Positions 15,733 to 29,523 of a stretch of 64,000 nt of DNA are shown in pieces. The translations under genes and the position numbers were made by a program. Under the pieces are notes generated by a model. It did no database searches. It was not told the origin of the DNA and saw nothing but the letters and a program-made list of their open reading frames with translations. Origin of the DNA: Eledone cirrhosa (taxonomy: Eukaryota); the NCBI GenBank assembly GCA_964016885.1, contig OZ024758.1, positions 12,152,001 to 12,216,000 of the forward strand, in the 5' to 3' direction. Within the stretch, counting starts at the first letter, position 1. Each line of letters begins with the position of its first letter.

Positions 15733-16317
15733 TGTGTGTATATGTGTGTACTTTGAGTTATTTGTGAGTGGAACATCATTACTGCATGTGTAATTCTGCA
15801 CATGTTTTAAAATACATTATCAATCAATATCGTTCATTTGTAGATATGTTGTTGCATATAAAACTTATCTTTTTGATTAGAGTCCGATTAAATAGCGAAG
15901 GACACAAACAATCGTGTAAATAACTTTTATAATTCTCACGTATTTATCTATGGACATCAAATATGACCTTGATTTATTTACATATTACCACTGCAGCTCA
16001 GGTGTAAATAATTGTTGCTTCTTATCATTAGAAACGTTTAATAAAACAGGCGTATATTAATCATCATCTGCAGTTTCCTGTCTGAATTTTAATAAGATAT
16101 CATAATGGTTCCTGGTATAATTTGTAGTTTATTACCATCTGTTGTTTAATCAACTTAAACATGAGATATATTAAATCTCGCTACGTAAAAAAAAAGCCTA
16201 TTGTCAATATTCCATATGTGATTATTTAAATAACACTTCTTTAAAACTAAGTTTAACTACTCCAGACATAATATCTATGATATATATGTGTGTGGGTGTA
16301 TATATATATATATATAC

Positions 16318-16351
<34 letters not shown>

Positions 16352-16415
16352 TAATAATAAATGTGAAGACTAAAATCTGGGGACGATTCTTTGCTTAAAC
16401 GTTAATCTGTACATA

Positions 16416-16462
<47 letters not shown>

Positions 16463-19021
16463 ACAAGATAGATGTTAAACAGCTGGAAATTATTTTCAAG
16501 TGGTCATGGTGTTGATATCACTAAAACGTACTAGTTCATAAAACATAAAATACAAGTCAAGATAACTAGAGACTTTACTCTTCAGCTGCTAGTGGGAAAT
16601 GAAAGCAATACTTTCATAGATTTTAAATTCTCTTTGAGTTGATATGTGTCTTATTATTATTATTTTTTATTTTTTTATTTTCCAAGGCTTATCAGAATAA
16701 ATGGAAGAGATGAAGTATTTTCCTCCCTTGTATACAAAATAGGATTTATTTCCTCGGATGAGTAGTTTTCAATTTGATAACAAATTTGTTACCTGTAGAT
16801 TTATCAGAGCCAAATTCTGAAAAGTGTCTCTCTTTTTGTAAGTCGTTGGATTCCCGAAACTGTATGTATGATTTTCTCTATACATAAGTGATGTTTGACC
16901 TTTTTATTTGGTGAACCGATATTGTAATGTAGTGCTACAGAATTATTGGTAAACGTTTATCTATTTTTTCACGGTTGAAAAGTATTTCGACATCGAATTT
17001 CAAACCAAGCATTAAGTAGAATTCTCAACATACAGCCTTACCTAATATATGTAGACCAAGAAATTTATTCCATGTTTTTATTCAGTACAACGGGGAAAAC
17101 TTTTCTCATAGATCTTGCTGTCCGTTCGGATTAATCGTTTATCAAGTTGTTATCGTTTCTTCCTTGATTAATGTATGTTTTTGGTGTGCTGAATAACAAA
17201 ACACTTGTCATAGAAGCAGAGAGCTTATTGGCTTCAAATCAGAAAGATCTATTAAGGTGGATCTTGAGGGAATGATTTTAATCTCTCTGAATACTTTTGT
17301 CATCTCAGTTAGTCATCTAGTACAAATATATATCATGCTACCTATCGTGAAACACTTTGATAATATCACAAACAAGAACTTATCAATTTTCTTTCGCTAA
17401 AATATTGCTGTAAATATTGCAGCAAAGCCCATTGAATGTGTACAAAATTCCCAGAAGAGACGATAACTTGAAAAAACACTCGAGATTAATAAATATCAAT
17501 GTATATAAATATGTGTTCATGTCTTATGTTACAACAGGAAAATTTACAATTGTATCTAATTGCATAATATTGATTTTTAATTTAGGCACACGTCTGGTAA
17601 ATTTGATTAAATCTATCCTTGTACATGACTGGTATTTTATTTTAGTGGCCTCAGAATGATGGAAAGTGAAGTTAATATTGGGGGGATTTGAACAAGAACT
17701 ACAATATCATTAGCTGGTGCTCTATTAATTCTGTTAATTCATTACTTTATGTAATTATATAGTATTGATGCCCGACATTGACACCCGGCGGCTGTCTCCT
17801 CATTAAAGAATGTATTTTTCATCAGAATTATTTTACAAATTACCAGAGGTCACTTTATCATGTCTGCTCAATATAATTATAATGCTTAAACGGTTACGCT
17901 CGGATACTCTTTATTACAACCCACTACAATATAAGCCAATGGGGAATGACCTCAATGAGGTGTCTTCTGAACAAAAGATCGAACTACTAACTGCCAGATA
18001 ACCCTCTTAGCACACCCTGCTATTATATAGGAGAAAAGGCAACACAGTCTTACATATCAAAGATGGAATGTGATTGATCATATGTCTGTTCAATCGGGGC
18101 TGAGCTGAAACTTAAACCATAAGAAATTCAACAAGATGAATCAATACAAATTTAATCAACTTCAATCTTAAAAATACTTCATGTACTGTTGCATTGAACT
18201 TTGCATTGCTTTAATTTACAATTATAATGAGACTCATACAAAAAACCAATCACAGTGGCAGCCGCTTTTCATGAAGGACCCCATGTGTCGTTCACCGAAG
18301 TGATTGTACAATCAGGAAGATGTTACAAAATTGTTCAAACACAGGTTTTAAATCAGATATTCTAAAGAATTCAAAGAGACTTACCTTTAGTTTACCTTTC
18401 AAATACTGGCAATAATAACGATTTAAGCTTATTTATGGTTTTTTATAAATTTAGGTAGGATACCCTCGCAGCTGAAATATTTCACAGTGATAACACTTTT
18501 TTTATTTTTAATAATTGTCTCAGTTGTTTATTATCTAAAACTTAGGCCATTGTCTGTTATTCCTTATCTTGCTTTACATGACAACAAACAAAATGGTAGC
18601 TTTTGAAATCTAATCTTTTTACATTATTTATTTTCCTCGTTAAATACCATAGCGAAATAATGTGGAAAGTGATATATGATATAAGGCTAAACAATGCAAA
18701 ATGGTCGGTAAGATGAAGACAATGAGAAAGTAGGTTACATGATAATCTTTGGGTTTGTTTGTTTTTTTGTTGTTGTTTGTTTCAAAGGAGAATAAACATT
18801 TACTAAACAGCAAACCTGGCCCTTAGGTGGTAACTAATATTAGCTTCAATTATATATATATATATTATAGTAGGGTATTACTCCTGTCAAACTTTCTAAT
18901 TTAATGTTCAAATATATGTGCCTGCTGATACCCATCTTTCTCCGTTCAGTAGGTGTTTATATGCCCCACATTTAGACTATAATATAACCAGAAATATTAC
19001 GGTGAAGCCTCTACTTCTATT

Positions 19022-19065
<44 letters not shown>

Positions 19066-19068
<3 letters not shown>

Positions 19069-19169
19069 CGAAGGAGTTGTGGTAAGAAACCAGATGGACC
19101 ATAACGCACCAGAGTACTCAATACTTAGGGTAGTAGAGTGGGTAATAGGAAAATGTATGACCTATACAT

Positions 19170-19175
<6 letters not shown>
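19066..19175 (-). mobile_element. Family A terminal fragment
   Basis: taacgaaggag...gggtaatagg followed by a small hairpin; (TA)n flanks. Confidence 0.75.
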
Positions 19176-19204
<29 letters not shown>

Positions 19205-19585
19205 TTTGTCCCCGGTTCAATCGGTGGAAATCATCAGGAAGCCTGAATGAAACACTTCTAGTCCTGTAGAAGCCTTTCTATATTAAATATATATATATAT
19301 GAAAACGATGAAAAACGATTGGAATAATGTTCCATTTTAAGATCTCTATCTGAACATTCATGACCAGAGTTGTGTAAAAGAATAATGGAAGGCATACAGC
19401 TAGCACAAAAACTCGACGTTTTACTAAGTTACTAATAGCTCGCTTTTAGAAAATATTCGATACCGCGTTTAGTAACCAGAGATTGCGTTACAAACTAATT
19501 TTTATACATTGATATGACATGATCTTCCAATCGTTTAAAACTTCACTATTCACAAGTGTTTTTTAAGCTTCATATCATGTATCCC

Positions 19586-19656
19586 TATTTTATCTGACGA
19601 AAACGCAGATATCATCCCATGATGATATTTGTTTTTGAAATGCGCATAATAAAATA
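19586..19656 (+). ncRNA. Type I hammerhead ribozyme (same family as 8765)
   Basis: tattttat-CTGACGA-aaacgcagatatcatc..gatgatatttgttttt-GAAA-tgcgca-TA-ataaaata. Confidence 0.8.
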
Positions 19657-19777
19657 CTTGGAATTCTTTGAACCATTTTGTGATCTTATATTATTTATAC
19701 TCCAGTCCTACAAACTGTAGAGTGCTTCTTATCCGATATTTGCATTGCTTTATTGTGCTACAATAAAACTCACCTCC

Positions 19778-19816
<39 letters not shown>

Positions 19817-19830
19817 CACATAATTTTATT

Positions 19831-19865
<35 letters not shown>

Positions 19866-19980
19866 CTTTACAAATTACACAGACTATTTCGTTAATACTT
19901 AGCACAATGTCTTCTTATAAAGCAGCAAAGATATGATTTGATTGAATTCTGTTAAAATCGAAACTGACGTACACACACAT

Positions 19981-20111
<131 letters not shown>

Positions 20112-21049
20112 GCGTGTATACTCTGAGATGCAGAACGGAAGAGAAAATGTACGTACAGGAACCAATATTCGTGTGAAATCTCTCTCTCTCCCTCTCTCTT
20201 TCTCTCTCTATTCCTTCTTGAAAATGTTTTTCCGGATACGTTTACTATTAGAAGACACCAGAAGAAAAGAAAATAATCTGCAACACTAGATTCACTGGAA
20301 ATTGAGACCATATTGGGTCGTGCTATCTATTTCGTTTATGGCTAAACAAATGGTAGAGGGGTCTAAATTACTTGTCATGTGCAGCTTGAATAATTTCGTT
20401 TTGAACATTTCTGCAATTGTCTTTCTATTGGAATTTGGCTTGAGAACTAAAGGAAAAATCAGTTTCCAATTTACCAAGTAGGATAATATTATTTCCTCAT
20501 CGATAAAGGAAACGTGAGAAAAGGGATAAAACATTAAATCAATGACATTTATGAAATAGTGTGAGCTAACAGACATAAAATTGTGATGCTCATTATTTCA
20601 AAATTATTGAACAGTGACAAGACAATTCACCTTTGTAAACTGTTGTGAAACGGTCATTGAGGGCGAGTCGTGGTAAGTTAATAGCATGAGAAAATGTGAT
20701 GGTGTATATATTGTATATATACATTTGATGGCGTATATATTGTATATATATTTGATGGTGTATATATTTGTTTTAATGTTTTCACATTCTCTGCTATGCC
20801 TAGTTTCATGCATACACACTATCATACATATACACACACATATTCACAAATACATACACATACACACTCACAGAGAGAGAGAGAGAGAGAGTGAGAGAGA
20901 GAGAGAGAGAGAGAGGCAGACAGACAGACAGAGGGGGAGGGAGGCAGAGAGGCAGATAGAGACTTCCCATAAGTTTGTGTAATCAATAGACTAAATATGA
21001 ACAGGAAAGCTTTTTTACTATCTTCTAGCATATATTACATATAGACTGA

Positions 21050-21790
21050 GTAGATGCTTTAAGAAATAGAAGACATGCCACGAATGTCATCAGGTGGTAT
21101 ATCCATGAAAAACATTATTAGCTATACAGAAGACATTGCCTAATTATGATTCAATAGATTTGATATAGAGAAGCTTATAACGACAGTGACTGACAAAGGA
21201 GCGCGATAGAGAATGGAAGAGAACGTAAAGAAAACGAAATCAATTGTAATCTGCAAGAAACAAGAGTCACCGAAAATAAAATCACAATTGAAGGAATGCC
21301 AATTGGATGTACACCAAAGGTAATATTTCTGTGATATATGCAATTAACAAGAGGGAAATGTGAAGCAGAAATCGAAAGAAGAATTGAGTTAGAAGTCATT
21401 TGGAAAAATATCAAACACTCTAACATCAAGAAATATTAATATGAAAACCAAAAATAGATTATAAAAATAATTTGCTTCATCCACACAAATATATGGATGA
21501 GAAATATGAACGACAAGAAAAGTATTATGAAAGACATTAAAAAACCTCTGGCGTGATACAGGTATTTAGTGAATGTCATTTACAAAGCACGAAATAAACG
21601 ACAAAAAAGTGGTAAAACTTAGAAACATTTCTTGGACACCATCAAATAAAGAATTTTGAAATATTTTCGACAAATAATTTGTAAAAGACGTGTGATTAAA
21701 ACTGTAACTAGAATATAAAATGTATCTAAAGCGTAATAAATTATGTGGACAGATGATATAAAAATTGAATAGGTGCAAGATGCAGCAAAT
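21050..21790 (+). pseudogene. Heavily decayed RTE-type RT fragment
   Basis: Remnants ISYTEDIA (YADD), CEAEIERRI, IYG*EI*T. Confidence 0.55.
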
Positions 21791-22087
21791 CCCGAAAAAA
21801 TGTGGATATACATTTTTTGGAACACCCTGTATATAAGAAAAGTACAAGAGAGACGAAGATTGAGATCCCTGAGATTCAGCCTGCTGAAAGGGAAAGATAG
21901 ATAGATAGAGACTTCCCATAAAGCTTGGAGTTTATTAGGCTTTATTCGTCTGGGACATGGACGAAATATAGGCAACCCATCGAAACCCTCAATATATTCC
22001 ACCAGAGAAGTATAAGGTATTTTTCAGTTACATTATGGTGATTAAGTTCTCTGTAACAGCATCCAGCTCAAACAATATTGTGATTTT

Positions 22088-22335
22088 GTCTTCTTCGTCG
22101 TCGTCGCTGTTGACTTATTCCTGGGGGGGGGGGGGGGGGGGGGGCTCAAACACTCCTTCCAGCGGGTCTTTTCAGAAGCAACCGTCTCCAACTGATCCGG
22201 CTGTATCCCCAAGCAAGACAAGTCAAGCTCATGGTTGTTATCCAACCATCTTTCTTGGGGTCTATCCCGGAGTCTCTTGCCGGTTTGTTTTGCCAGAAAA
22301 ATATGTCCAGTGATTCTTCCCTGTTACATTCTAAC
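22088..22335 (-). mobile_element. RTE-like LINE 3' end
   Basis: RPQERWLDN...LETVASEKTRWK with a simple-repeat tail. Confidence 0.5.
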
Positions 22336-22520
22336 GATAGAATATTGTTACTGTGAATGAAGCTGAATAAAACTGAATGGTGGTCTGAAAACAGAAAAAA
22401 AACTGCCTAAAAATTGAAAAAACACCGAGTTGCTCTTATTGAAAAAAGCTCCCGAAAACTTCAAACATTTGAAATACTATTCAGCAGATTATTAAGGGAT
22501 GCCCTTATTGGCAGTGTCTT

Positions 22521-22610
<90 letters not shown>

Positions 22611-22611
<1 letters not shown>

Positions 22612-23000
22612 TATTCTAGGGCGGGTAAAATTCCCGAGATCAATGGACGAGTTCTCTCCAGTAGTCTCTGTCCCTCATCATCGCTGCCATGTCCTGCGTC
22701 TCCAACAGACTACTGTCTGTCCTTAGGGCATCAACATACGTTAACCTTGGTCTTCCTCTTTCCAGTGTGTCCATGTGGAAGTCGGACCTTCGTAAAGACC
22801 TGAAAATCCGCCTCTTCGTTGCTGTAGTGGAGTCTGTGCTACGGTACGGGTCTGAGACTTGGACACTGACCAAGAAACTCACTCAGATGGTGGATGGGGG
22901 CTACACGAGAATTCTAAGGATGGCTCTAAACATTAATCAGTATACACTGAGGATGAAAAACTCAGAGCTGTATGGGAGCCTCGCAAAAGTCAGCTCAAAA

Positions 23001-23002
<2 letters not shown>
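22611..23002. mobile_element. RTE-clade LINE fragment with 5' inversion
   Basis: Minus: [21 protein letters not shown]; plus: KIRLFVAVVESVLRYGSETWTLT..YTRILR. Confidence 0.85.
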
Positions 23003-23054
<52 letters not shown>

Positions 23055-23056
<2 letters not shown>

Positions 23057-23614
23057 AGGGTGTTAAAGTTTGCTTGAAGCATTGTGAAATGTGTAAAAAT
23101 ACGTATTTAAGAAAGCCACAACAATGCAAAGGGAAATCTCGAGGTAGGAAGTGAAAGATAGATAGGAAAAACAGGTGAAAGTGAAAATTGAGAGAGACAA
23201 AGATGAAAACAAAACAAAGGTAGAAGGGTTACCGTAGTAGAGATTTAATCCCAATATTTCGGGCTCACGCCCATCAACGGGGGAAAAGTTCCAAAAGGGG
23301 GGAAACAGGCCAAGCGGAGAAAGTTGTGAAAGTTGTGATGTCGTTAAGACAGGAATGCCGTTAACGGCATTCCTGTCTTAACGACATCACAACTTTCTCC
23401 GCTTGGCCTGTTTCCCCCCTTTTGGAACTTTTCCCCCGTTGATGGGCGTGAGCCCGAAATATTGGGATTAAATCTCTACTACGGTAACCCTTCTACCTTT
23501 GTTTTGTTTTCATCTTTGTCTCTCTCAATTTTCACTTTCACCTGTTTTTCCTATCTATATTTCACTTCCTACCTCGAGATTTCCCTTTGCATTGTTGTGG
23601 CTTTCTTAAATACG

Positions 23615-23621
<7 letters not shown>
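23055..23621. mobile_element. Fold-back insertion (about 260-bp arms)
   Basis: Palindrome centred at gccgttaacggc 23362/23363; relative at 57622-57818. Confidence 0.85.
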
Positions 23622-23645
<24 letters not shown>

Positions 23646-23648
<3 letters not shown>

Positions 23649-23953
23649 AAAGTTCTATTTAAATTGTTGGGATACAACAAGCAAATATTTTTATAACTGA
23701 TATAAAGCACTCAACAAGTATTTGGAGTAAACATACGATATTAACAAATGGAAACTATATTTATAAAACCATATTTATTTCATTATACATATTTCAAGGA
23801 CACCAAGTTAAATTATGGTGTGCTTTCATCAGACAAAATATAATATAGATCAGTTTTATAAATAAATATTGACATACCCTTAAAAAATGCAACCATTACT
23901 GTTGGAAGCTCCCGGATCTATCCGGGAGCTTCCAACATTTGTTAATATCGTAT
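23646..23953. mobile_element. Family H insertion with terminal hairpin
   Basis: Matches the 58005 and 61220 copies; hammerhead on the minus strand at about 23776-23840. Confidence 0.8.
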
Positions 23954-24320
23954 ATATATATATATATATATGTATGTATTTATATATTATAAGACGTTGA
24001 TTTATATGTTTGAATAAATACATTTACTTTAATATTTGAAGATGCCAAAAAGTCTAGACTGTGCAAAAAGAATTTCTTCTGAATCCCAATTAGATCTGAC
24101 TAGAATGAAAACGAAGCGAGATTCGTAGGAAGTGAATTCTAGTCAATTCTATAAGGATTGTGTAGAAGAATATATATTGGATTATTACGAGTGGATCTAT
24201 CGCATAAATCAATTTTGTTATGACACTGTTAATGATGTTAAAGTCACTCAAGTATTTTAGTCAACCGTATTACTTATGATAAGGTTGTATAAGATAAATT
24301 GCTATATATATATATATATA

Positions 24321-24498
24321 GGAACCAGTAAGACCCCGACAGCTGAGCTCAAGCCGTTTCGACGGCTAAATTAGCCGTCGAAACGGCTTGAGCTCAGCTG
24401 TCGGGGTCTTACTGGTTCCTATTACCCACTCTACTACCCCAAGTATTGAGTACTTCGGTGCGTTATGGTCCACCTGGTTCCTTACCACATTTCCTTCG

Positions 24499-24596
<98 letters not shown>

Positions 24597-24802
24597 CAAA
24601 GGAATTGTGGTAAGGAACCAGATGGGCCATAACGCACCAGAGTACTCAATACTTAGGGTAGTAGAGTGGGATATAGGAAAAAGTAAGACCCCGACGGCAG
24701 AGCTGAAGCCGTTTCGACGGCTATTTCTGGACTGAAATAGCCGTCGAAACTGCTTGACCTCTGCTGTCGGGGTCTTACTTTTTCCTATATATACATATAC
24801 AT

Positions 24803-24835
<33 letters not shown>

Positions 24836-25400
24836 CAGTATATATAGCTTCTTGCTACAATACTTTCTATACCTTTCATTTATATATATTATATTTATAT
24901 TATATATATATATTATATATATATATATTATAACAAAGGAATTGTGGTAAGGAACCAGATGGACCATAACGCACCAGAGTACTCAATACTTAGGGTAGTA
25001 GAGTGGGTGATAGGAACAAGTAGGACCCTGACGGCTGAGCTCAAGCCGTTTCGACGGCTAATTCTGGACTAAATGAAAATTTTTAGCCTGGTAAATGAAT
25101 AGCCGAAATTCTCAGGGAGTAATTCCATATATGGTAAAAGTGATTGTCACAAGGATTGGTCAAAAGTTTGTTGTTAAGACACATGATTCTATCATGGAAT
25201 TCTGTGGAAAATGCCATGATAGAATCATGTGCCTTAACAACAAACTTTTGACCAATCCTTGTGACAATCACTTTTACCATATATGGAATTACTCCCTGAG
25301 AAGTTCGGCTATTCATTTACCAGGCTAAAAATGTTTATCTAGTCCAGAATTAGCCGTCGAAACGGCTTGAGCTCGGCCGTCGGGGTCCTACTTGTCCTAT
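24321..25400. mobile_element. Cluster of three family A fold-backs (24321-24501, 24594-24787, 24931-25400)
   Basis: Each has inverted arms (pivots about 24368, 24733, 25206) and they are separated by (TA)n. Confidence 0.85.
25291..25386 (+). ncRNA. Hammerhead-like motif of family A (only full-length copy; core reads CUGAGAA)
   Basis: actcc/ggggt stem I, cggcta/tagccg stem II, GAAA-cggc..gcc-GTC triplet. Confidence 0.55.
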
Positions 25401-25554
25401 TTGGTGGGATATAGGCTTGAGTAACTAAAATAATTAATGTTATTTCTTGAAAGCCAGAAGCCATGGTTGGAGAACGATATGAGTAAAACTGGCTTATTTT
25501 AGTCGGCCGAGCTTATATCTCCCCAAATAAGACATTTGGCTTAAGTTTTAAAAT

Positions 25555-25617
<63 letters not shown>

Positions 25618-26614
25618 ATCAAAGAAAACTATGCTCAATCTATTACAAGAAAGCTTATTTAGTATAAATAAAATGTCAAACATGTGTATGTGCAACTATT
25701 GGTTTCGGGGTCGAGTTCTGGCCACCAGACTGGAAGGGCCTCCCTCACTATACAGTGGTGGCCATAAATTGAGGTCACAATAAACTGTTGTCTTTTGGTC
25801 AAGTAGATTTAAATAGATGGGTAGATTTCGAACTCTGAAATCAAAGTACAGTAAGATACTCAGCTCTAGTAAACCCTAAACATCTCAGCATTCTACTGCC
25901 ATTGACTGCTACATACTTTTGCTGACACCGAAATTAAAAAAGATAGCATTTACCTTGAAAGGATTTGATCTCAGTGAGCTGAGAGTGAAACAAGCGTCAC
26001 AAAATATTCTAACCAAGTCTATAATGACTCTTCCATGTTCTTGGCTATATAGGAATCTTCATAGATGTTTATATACTCACATATAGTAACATACTGAGTT
26101 TATATATACTGCTACACACATACACAAACGCGTTTATATGAACTTAGCCACATGTATTTATCACAAGTGATAACACTATGGGTAATTATGAATGCATACA
26201 CAGGTGTACATTCTTGCACACGCCTATACATATATAACTACAAACACACGCTTTCACACACAAACACACATATTATATTGAGAGGAATATATATACGTGT
26301 GTATGTTCGTGTGTGTTTATGTCTTTCAAAGTCTGTCACTTTATAAGCGTGTGTGTAATTCTGCATATACTGGAATATACGCCACCTTATAAGGGAAATT
26401 ACTCCAGCATACATTGAGTTGTTATTCCCCTTGTACGGCCTGTATATTTATTACTTTTTCATTTTTTACAGAACAGCTTGTGTGTGTGTACAGTCAATGT
26501 GTGTGTGTGTATGTACAGTCAGTCAGTGTGTCTGTGTACAGTCAGTGTGTGAGTGTATGTGTGTGTACACGCCACATTTGTTGTGTAAGAAGCAGGTGAC
26601 TACACAATATATAG

Positions 26615-27555
26615 GACTATTCAACAGAATTCGTAATATAATCGGCTTTTCTCCCCAGCGTCCCGGCGGACAGAATGGAGAAGGCGTTTCTCTGGAGGAC
26701 GGCAAGTGAGACGCGCTGGAAAAGCCACTCCAACTCGCGGGGCTCACACCTGCGACTGGCCAGCTCAGCGCCTATGGTGGTGAGTAGGGAGGTAGCCCTA
26801 GGGCCGAGGACACCAGAAGTCTCCACTGGTAGAGGTAGCCAGCTCAGCGCCTATGGTGGTGAGTAGGGAGGTAGCCCTAGGGCCGAGGACACCAGAAGTC
26901 TCCACTGGTAGAGGTAGCCAGCTCAGCGCCTATGGTGGTGAGTAGGGAGGTAGCCCTAGGGCCGAGGACACCAGAAGTCTCCACTGGTAGAGGTAGCCAG
27001 CTCAGCGCCTATGGTGGTGAGTAGGGAGGTAGTCCTAGGGCCGAGGACACCAGAAGTCTCCACTGGTAGAGGTAGCCAGCTCAGCGCCTATGGTGGTGAG
27101 TAGGGAGGTAGCCCTAGGGCCGAGGACACCAGAAGTCTCCACTGGTAGAGGTAGCCAGCTCAGCGCCTATGGTGGTGAGTAGGGAGGTAGTCCTAGGGCC
27201 GAGGACACCAGAAGTCTCCACTGGTAGAGGTAGCCAGCTCAGCGCCTATGGTGGTGAGTAGGGAGGTAGCCCTAGGGCCGAGGACACTAGAAGTCTCCAC
27301 TGGTAGAGGTAGCCAGCTCAGCGCCTATGGTGGTGAGTAGGGAGGTAGCCCTAGGGCCGAGGACACCAGAAGTCTCCACTGGTAGAGGTAGCCAGCTCAG
27401 CGCCTATGGGGATCAGTAGGGAGGTAGGCCTAGGGCCGAGGACACTAGAAGTCTCCACTGCCAAGGGTACAACCGCAAACCTGTCGGAGAGCGACCGGTA
27501 TTTGAGGAGTTTGGCCTCCTCAGCCCGACGTGCAGCAGAACCTGGTTTAGTCTCA
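26615..27555 (-). mobile_element. CRE-type non-LTR retrotransposon 3' fragment (restriction-like endonuclease domain)
   Basis: GSAARRAEEAKLLKY..F..PLAVETSGVLGP...LFQRVSLAVLQRNA. Confidence 0.8.
26759..27460. repeat. 79-bp minisatellite, 9 copies
   Basis: gccagctcagcgcc starts at 26759, 26838, 26917 ... 27391. Confidence 0.95.
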
Positions 27556-28010
27556 GAACAGCTTATGAACCAGTAAAAGCGTTGAATTGACAGAATCGTT
27601 AAAACGTCAGATAGAGTTCTTTGCGGGAGTCGTTTCAGGTCTGGGCTCTTCGAGTTCAAATCCAGCTGAAGTCAACATTATCTTTTATCCATTCGAGGGC
27701 CATAAAAAAGTACCAGTCTAACGCTGGGGTCTATTCTACCTCCATATCTCTTTCTCATTTCCTCTCTCTCTCACTTTCTATCCTTCTCATGTGTGTGTTG
27801 TGTGTGTTGTGTGTGTGTGGGGGGTGTAAGTGTGTGTGTGTGTGTATTTGTGTGTAAGTGTATGTGCGTTTGTGTGTGTATGTATGGGTGTGTGCGTGTG
27901 TGTAGTTGAATGTATATTGTGTGTGTGTATGTGTGTGTGTGGGTGTATGTGTGTGCTAAAATAAAATAAAAGAGACAGTATGTGTGAACGTATAGCATAG
28001 AGAGAGAGGT

Positions 28011-28310
28011 GGAAAGAATGGATGTGTGTGCGTGTGTGTGTGTGTGCGTGTGTGTAGTTGTGCGTGTGAACGTATTACACAGAGAGAGAGGGGGAAAGAA
28101 TGGATGTGTGTGCGTGTGTGTGTGTGTGCGTGTGCGTAGTTGTGCGTGTGAACGTATTACACAGAGAGAGAGGGGGAAAGAATGGATGTGTGTGCGTGTG
28201 TGTGTGTGTGCGTGTGCGTAGTTGTGCGTGTGAACGTATTACACAGAGAGAGAGGGGGAAAGAATGGATGTGTGTGTGTGTGTGCGCGTGTGTGTGTGCG
28301 TGTGTGCGTG
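28011..28310. repeat. 82-bp compound minisatellite, about 3.5 copies
   Basis: ggaaagaatggatg at 28011, 28093, 28175, 28257. Confidence 0.9.
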
Positions 28311-28394
28311 TGCATGAGAAAATGTATGTCATAACTACAGCAGGAAGTAGTAACCGGGTGAAACAGATCTGGAATTGCCAAGGGAACAAGAGAC

Positions 28395-28725
28395 TAAAAA
28401 GCGGGGGGCGGCGGGGGGACTAAAAGTGAATACGGTCGACAAGTTGGGTCGGTGGGGGTCGGGAAATCGGAGGAGTCGGGGGTCGGTCGGTGGGCGGGGG
28501 GGGGGTCGGTCGTTGGGTCGGAGAATCGGGGGAGTCGTGAAGGCTCGGGAATAGTGGGGTCTGTGGGTCGGTCGGTCAGTCGGAAAATCGGAGGAGTCGA
28601 GGTGGGTCGGGGGTGGGAGTGGAGGGGGCATGTGGGTGTTTGGGTCGATGGGTCGGTGGGTGGGTGGGTCGTTGGGTCGGTGGGTGGGTCGGTGGGACAG
28701 TCGGTGGGTCGGTGTGTGGGTCTTG
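28395..28725. repeat. G-rich (GGTC/GGTG) low-complexity tract
   Basis: Repeated gggtcggtgg. Confidence 0.8.
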
Positions 28726-29162
28726 AGTAAAAACAAACAAAACAGGAAGAAATTTCCTTGACACACTCACACTTTCTCATTTCCTAGTTAGGTTTATCTT
28801 GAACATTATCAGAAGGTTGCCATTGGATTAGACGATTTAAAAACCCGGGCTCTGTGGATTTAGTGACCCCTCTTTAAAGAGATGAGAACATATGTTCTTG
28901 TATAAAAAAAAAGTCCCTAGATAATTGGTTGAAATAGGTCAGGGATAAATAAGATACAGGACTTTATCTTGGTTTTCCAGACATTATTGTGACCGACTTT
29001 GTCTATTCTATAAACCCCTAAAATCCCTACGACAGAGTGGAAAGATGTTTAATGGGTTACCAAACAATTAGGTAATTGCGACCCGGATGAGATTCGTACT
29101 TACAAGCTAAAGGAACTTGGTATTTTTATATTACATTCCCGTTCTGCCTTCAAGAATGTTGA

Positions 29163-29225
<63 letters not shown>

Positions 29226-29331
29226 GAAAAATAACGATGCAATTTCTCCTAATATATGCTCTACCAGTGCGTCGAGTGCTTATTTGGTACCACCACCAGA
29301 AATTCATTATATAACACACCGTAAGGATGAA

Positions 29332-29523
29332 AGGGCGGTGGATTGGCAGTATCGGTAGAGAGTCGGACACCCTGCTTTGAAGCATAGAGTTACGTCCCTT
29401 TATGATCTGAGTTCAAATCCCGCCGAGGTTAACTTTGCCTTTCATCCTTACGGGGTCGATAAAATAAAGTACCAGTAATGTACTCGGTATTTGCTGGACT
29501 TGTGCCAAAAGTAGAAACAATTA
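29332..29523 (+). mobile_element. tRNA-derived SINE, full length, with a Meta-like central domain
   Basis: A box tggcagtatcgg, B box gagttcaaatccc, gcctttcatccttacggggtcgataaaa..gtaccag, tail ttgtgccaaaagtagaaacaatta. Confidence 0.9.

Noticed and set aside
16700-17320. Possible decayed PLE/GIY-YIG remnant
   Set aside because: Only a vague KLKTTHP resemblance; too degenerate to call
20292-20576. 94-aa non-repetitive ORF; likewise the ORFs at 10222-10619 and 61928-62284
   Set aside because: No recognisable motif or splice support
26759-27460. CRISPR-like regular array
   Set aside because: Units are identical with no unique spacers, no cas genes, eukaryotic context
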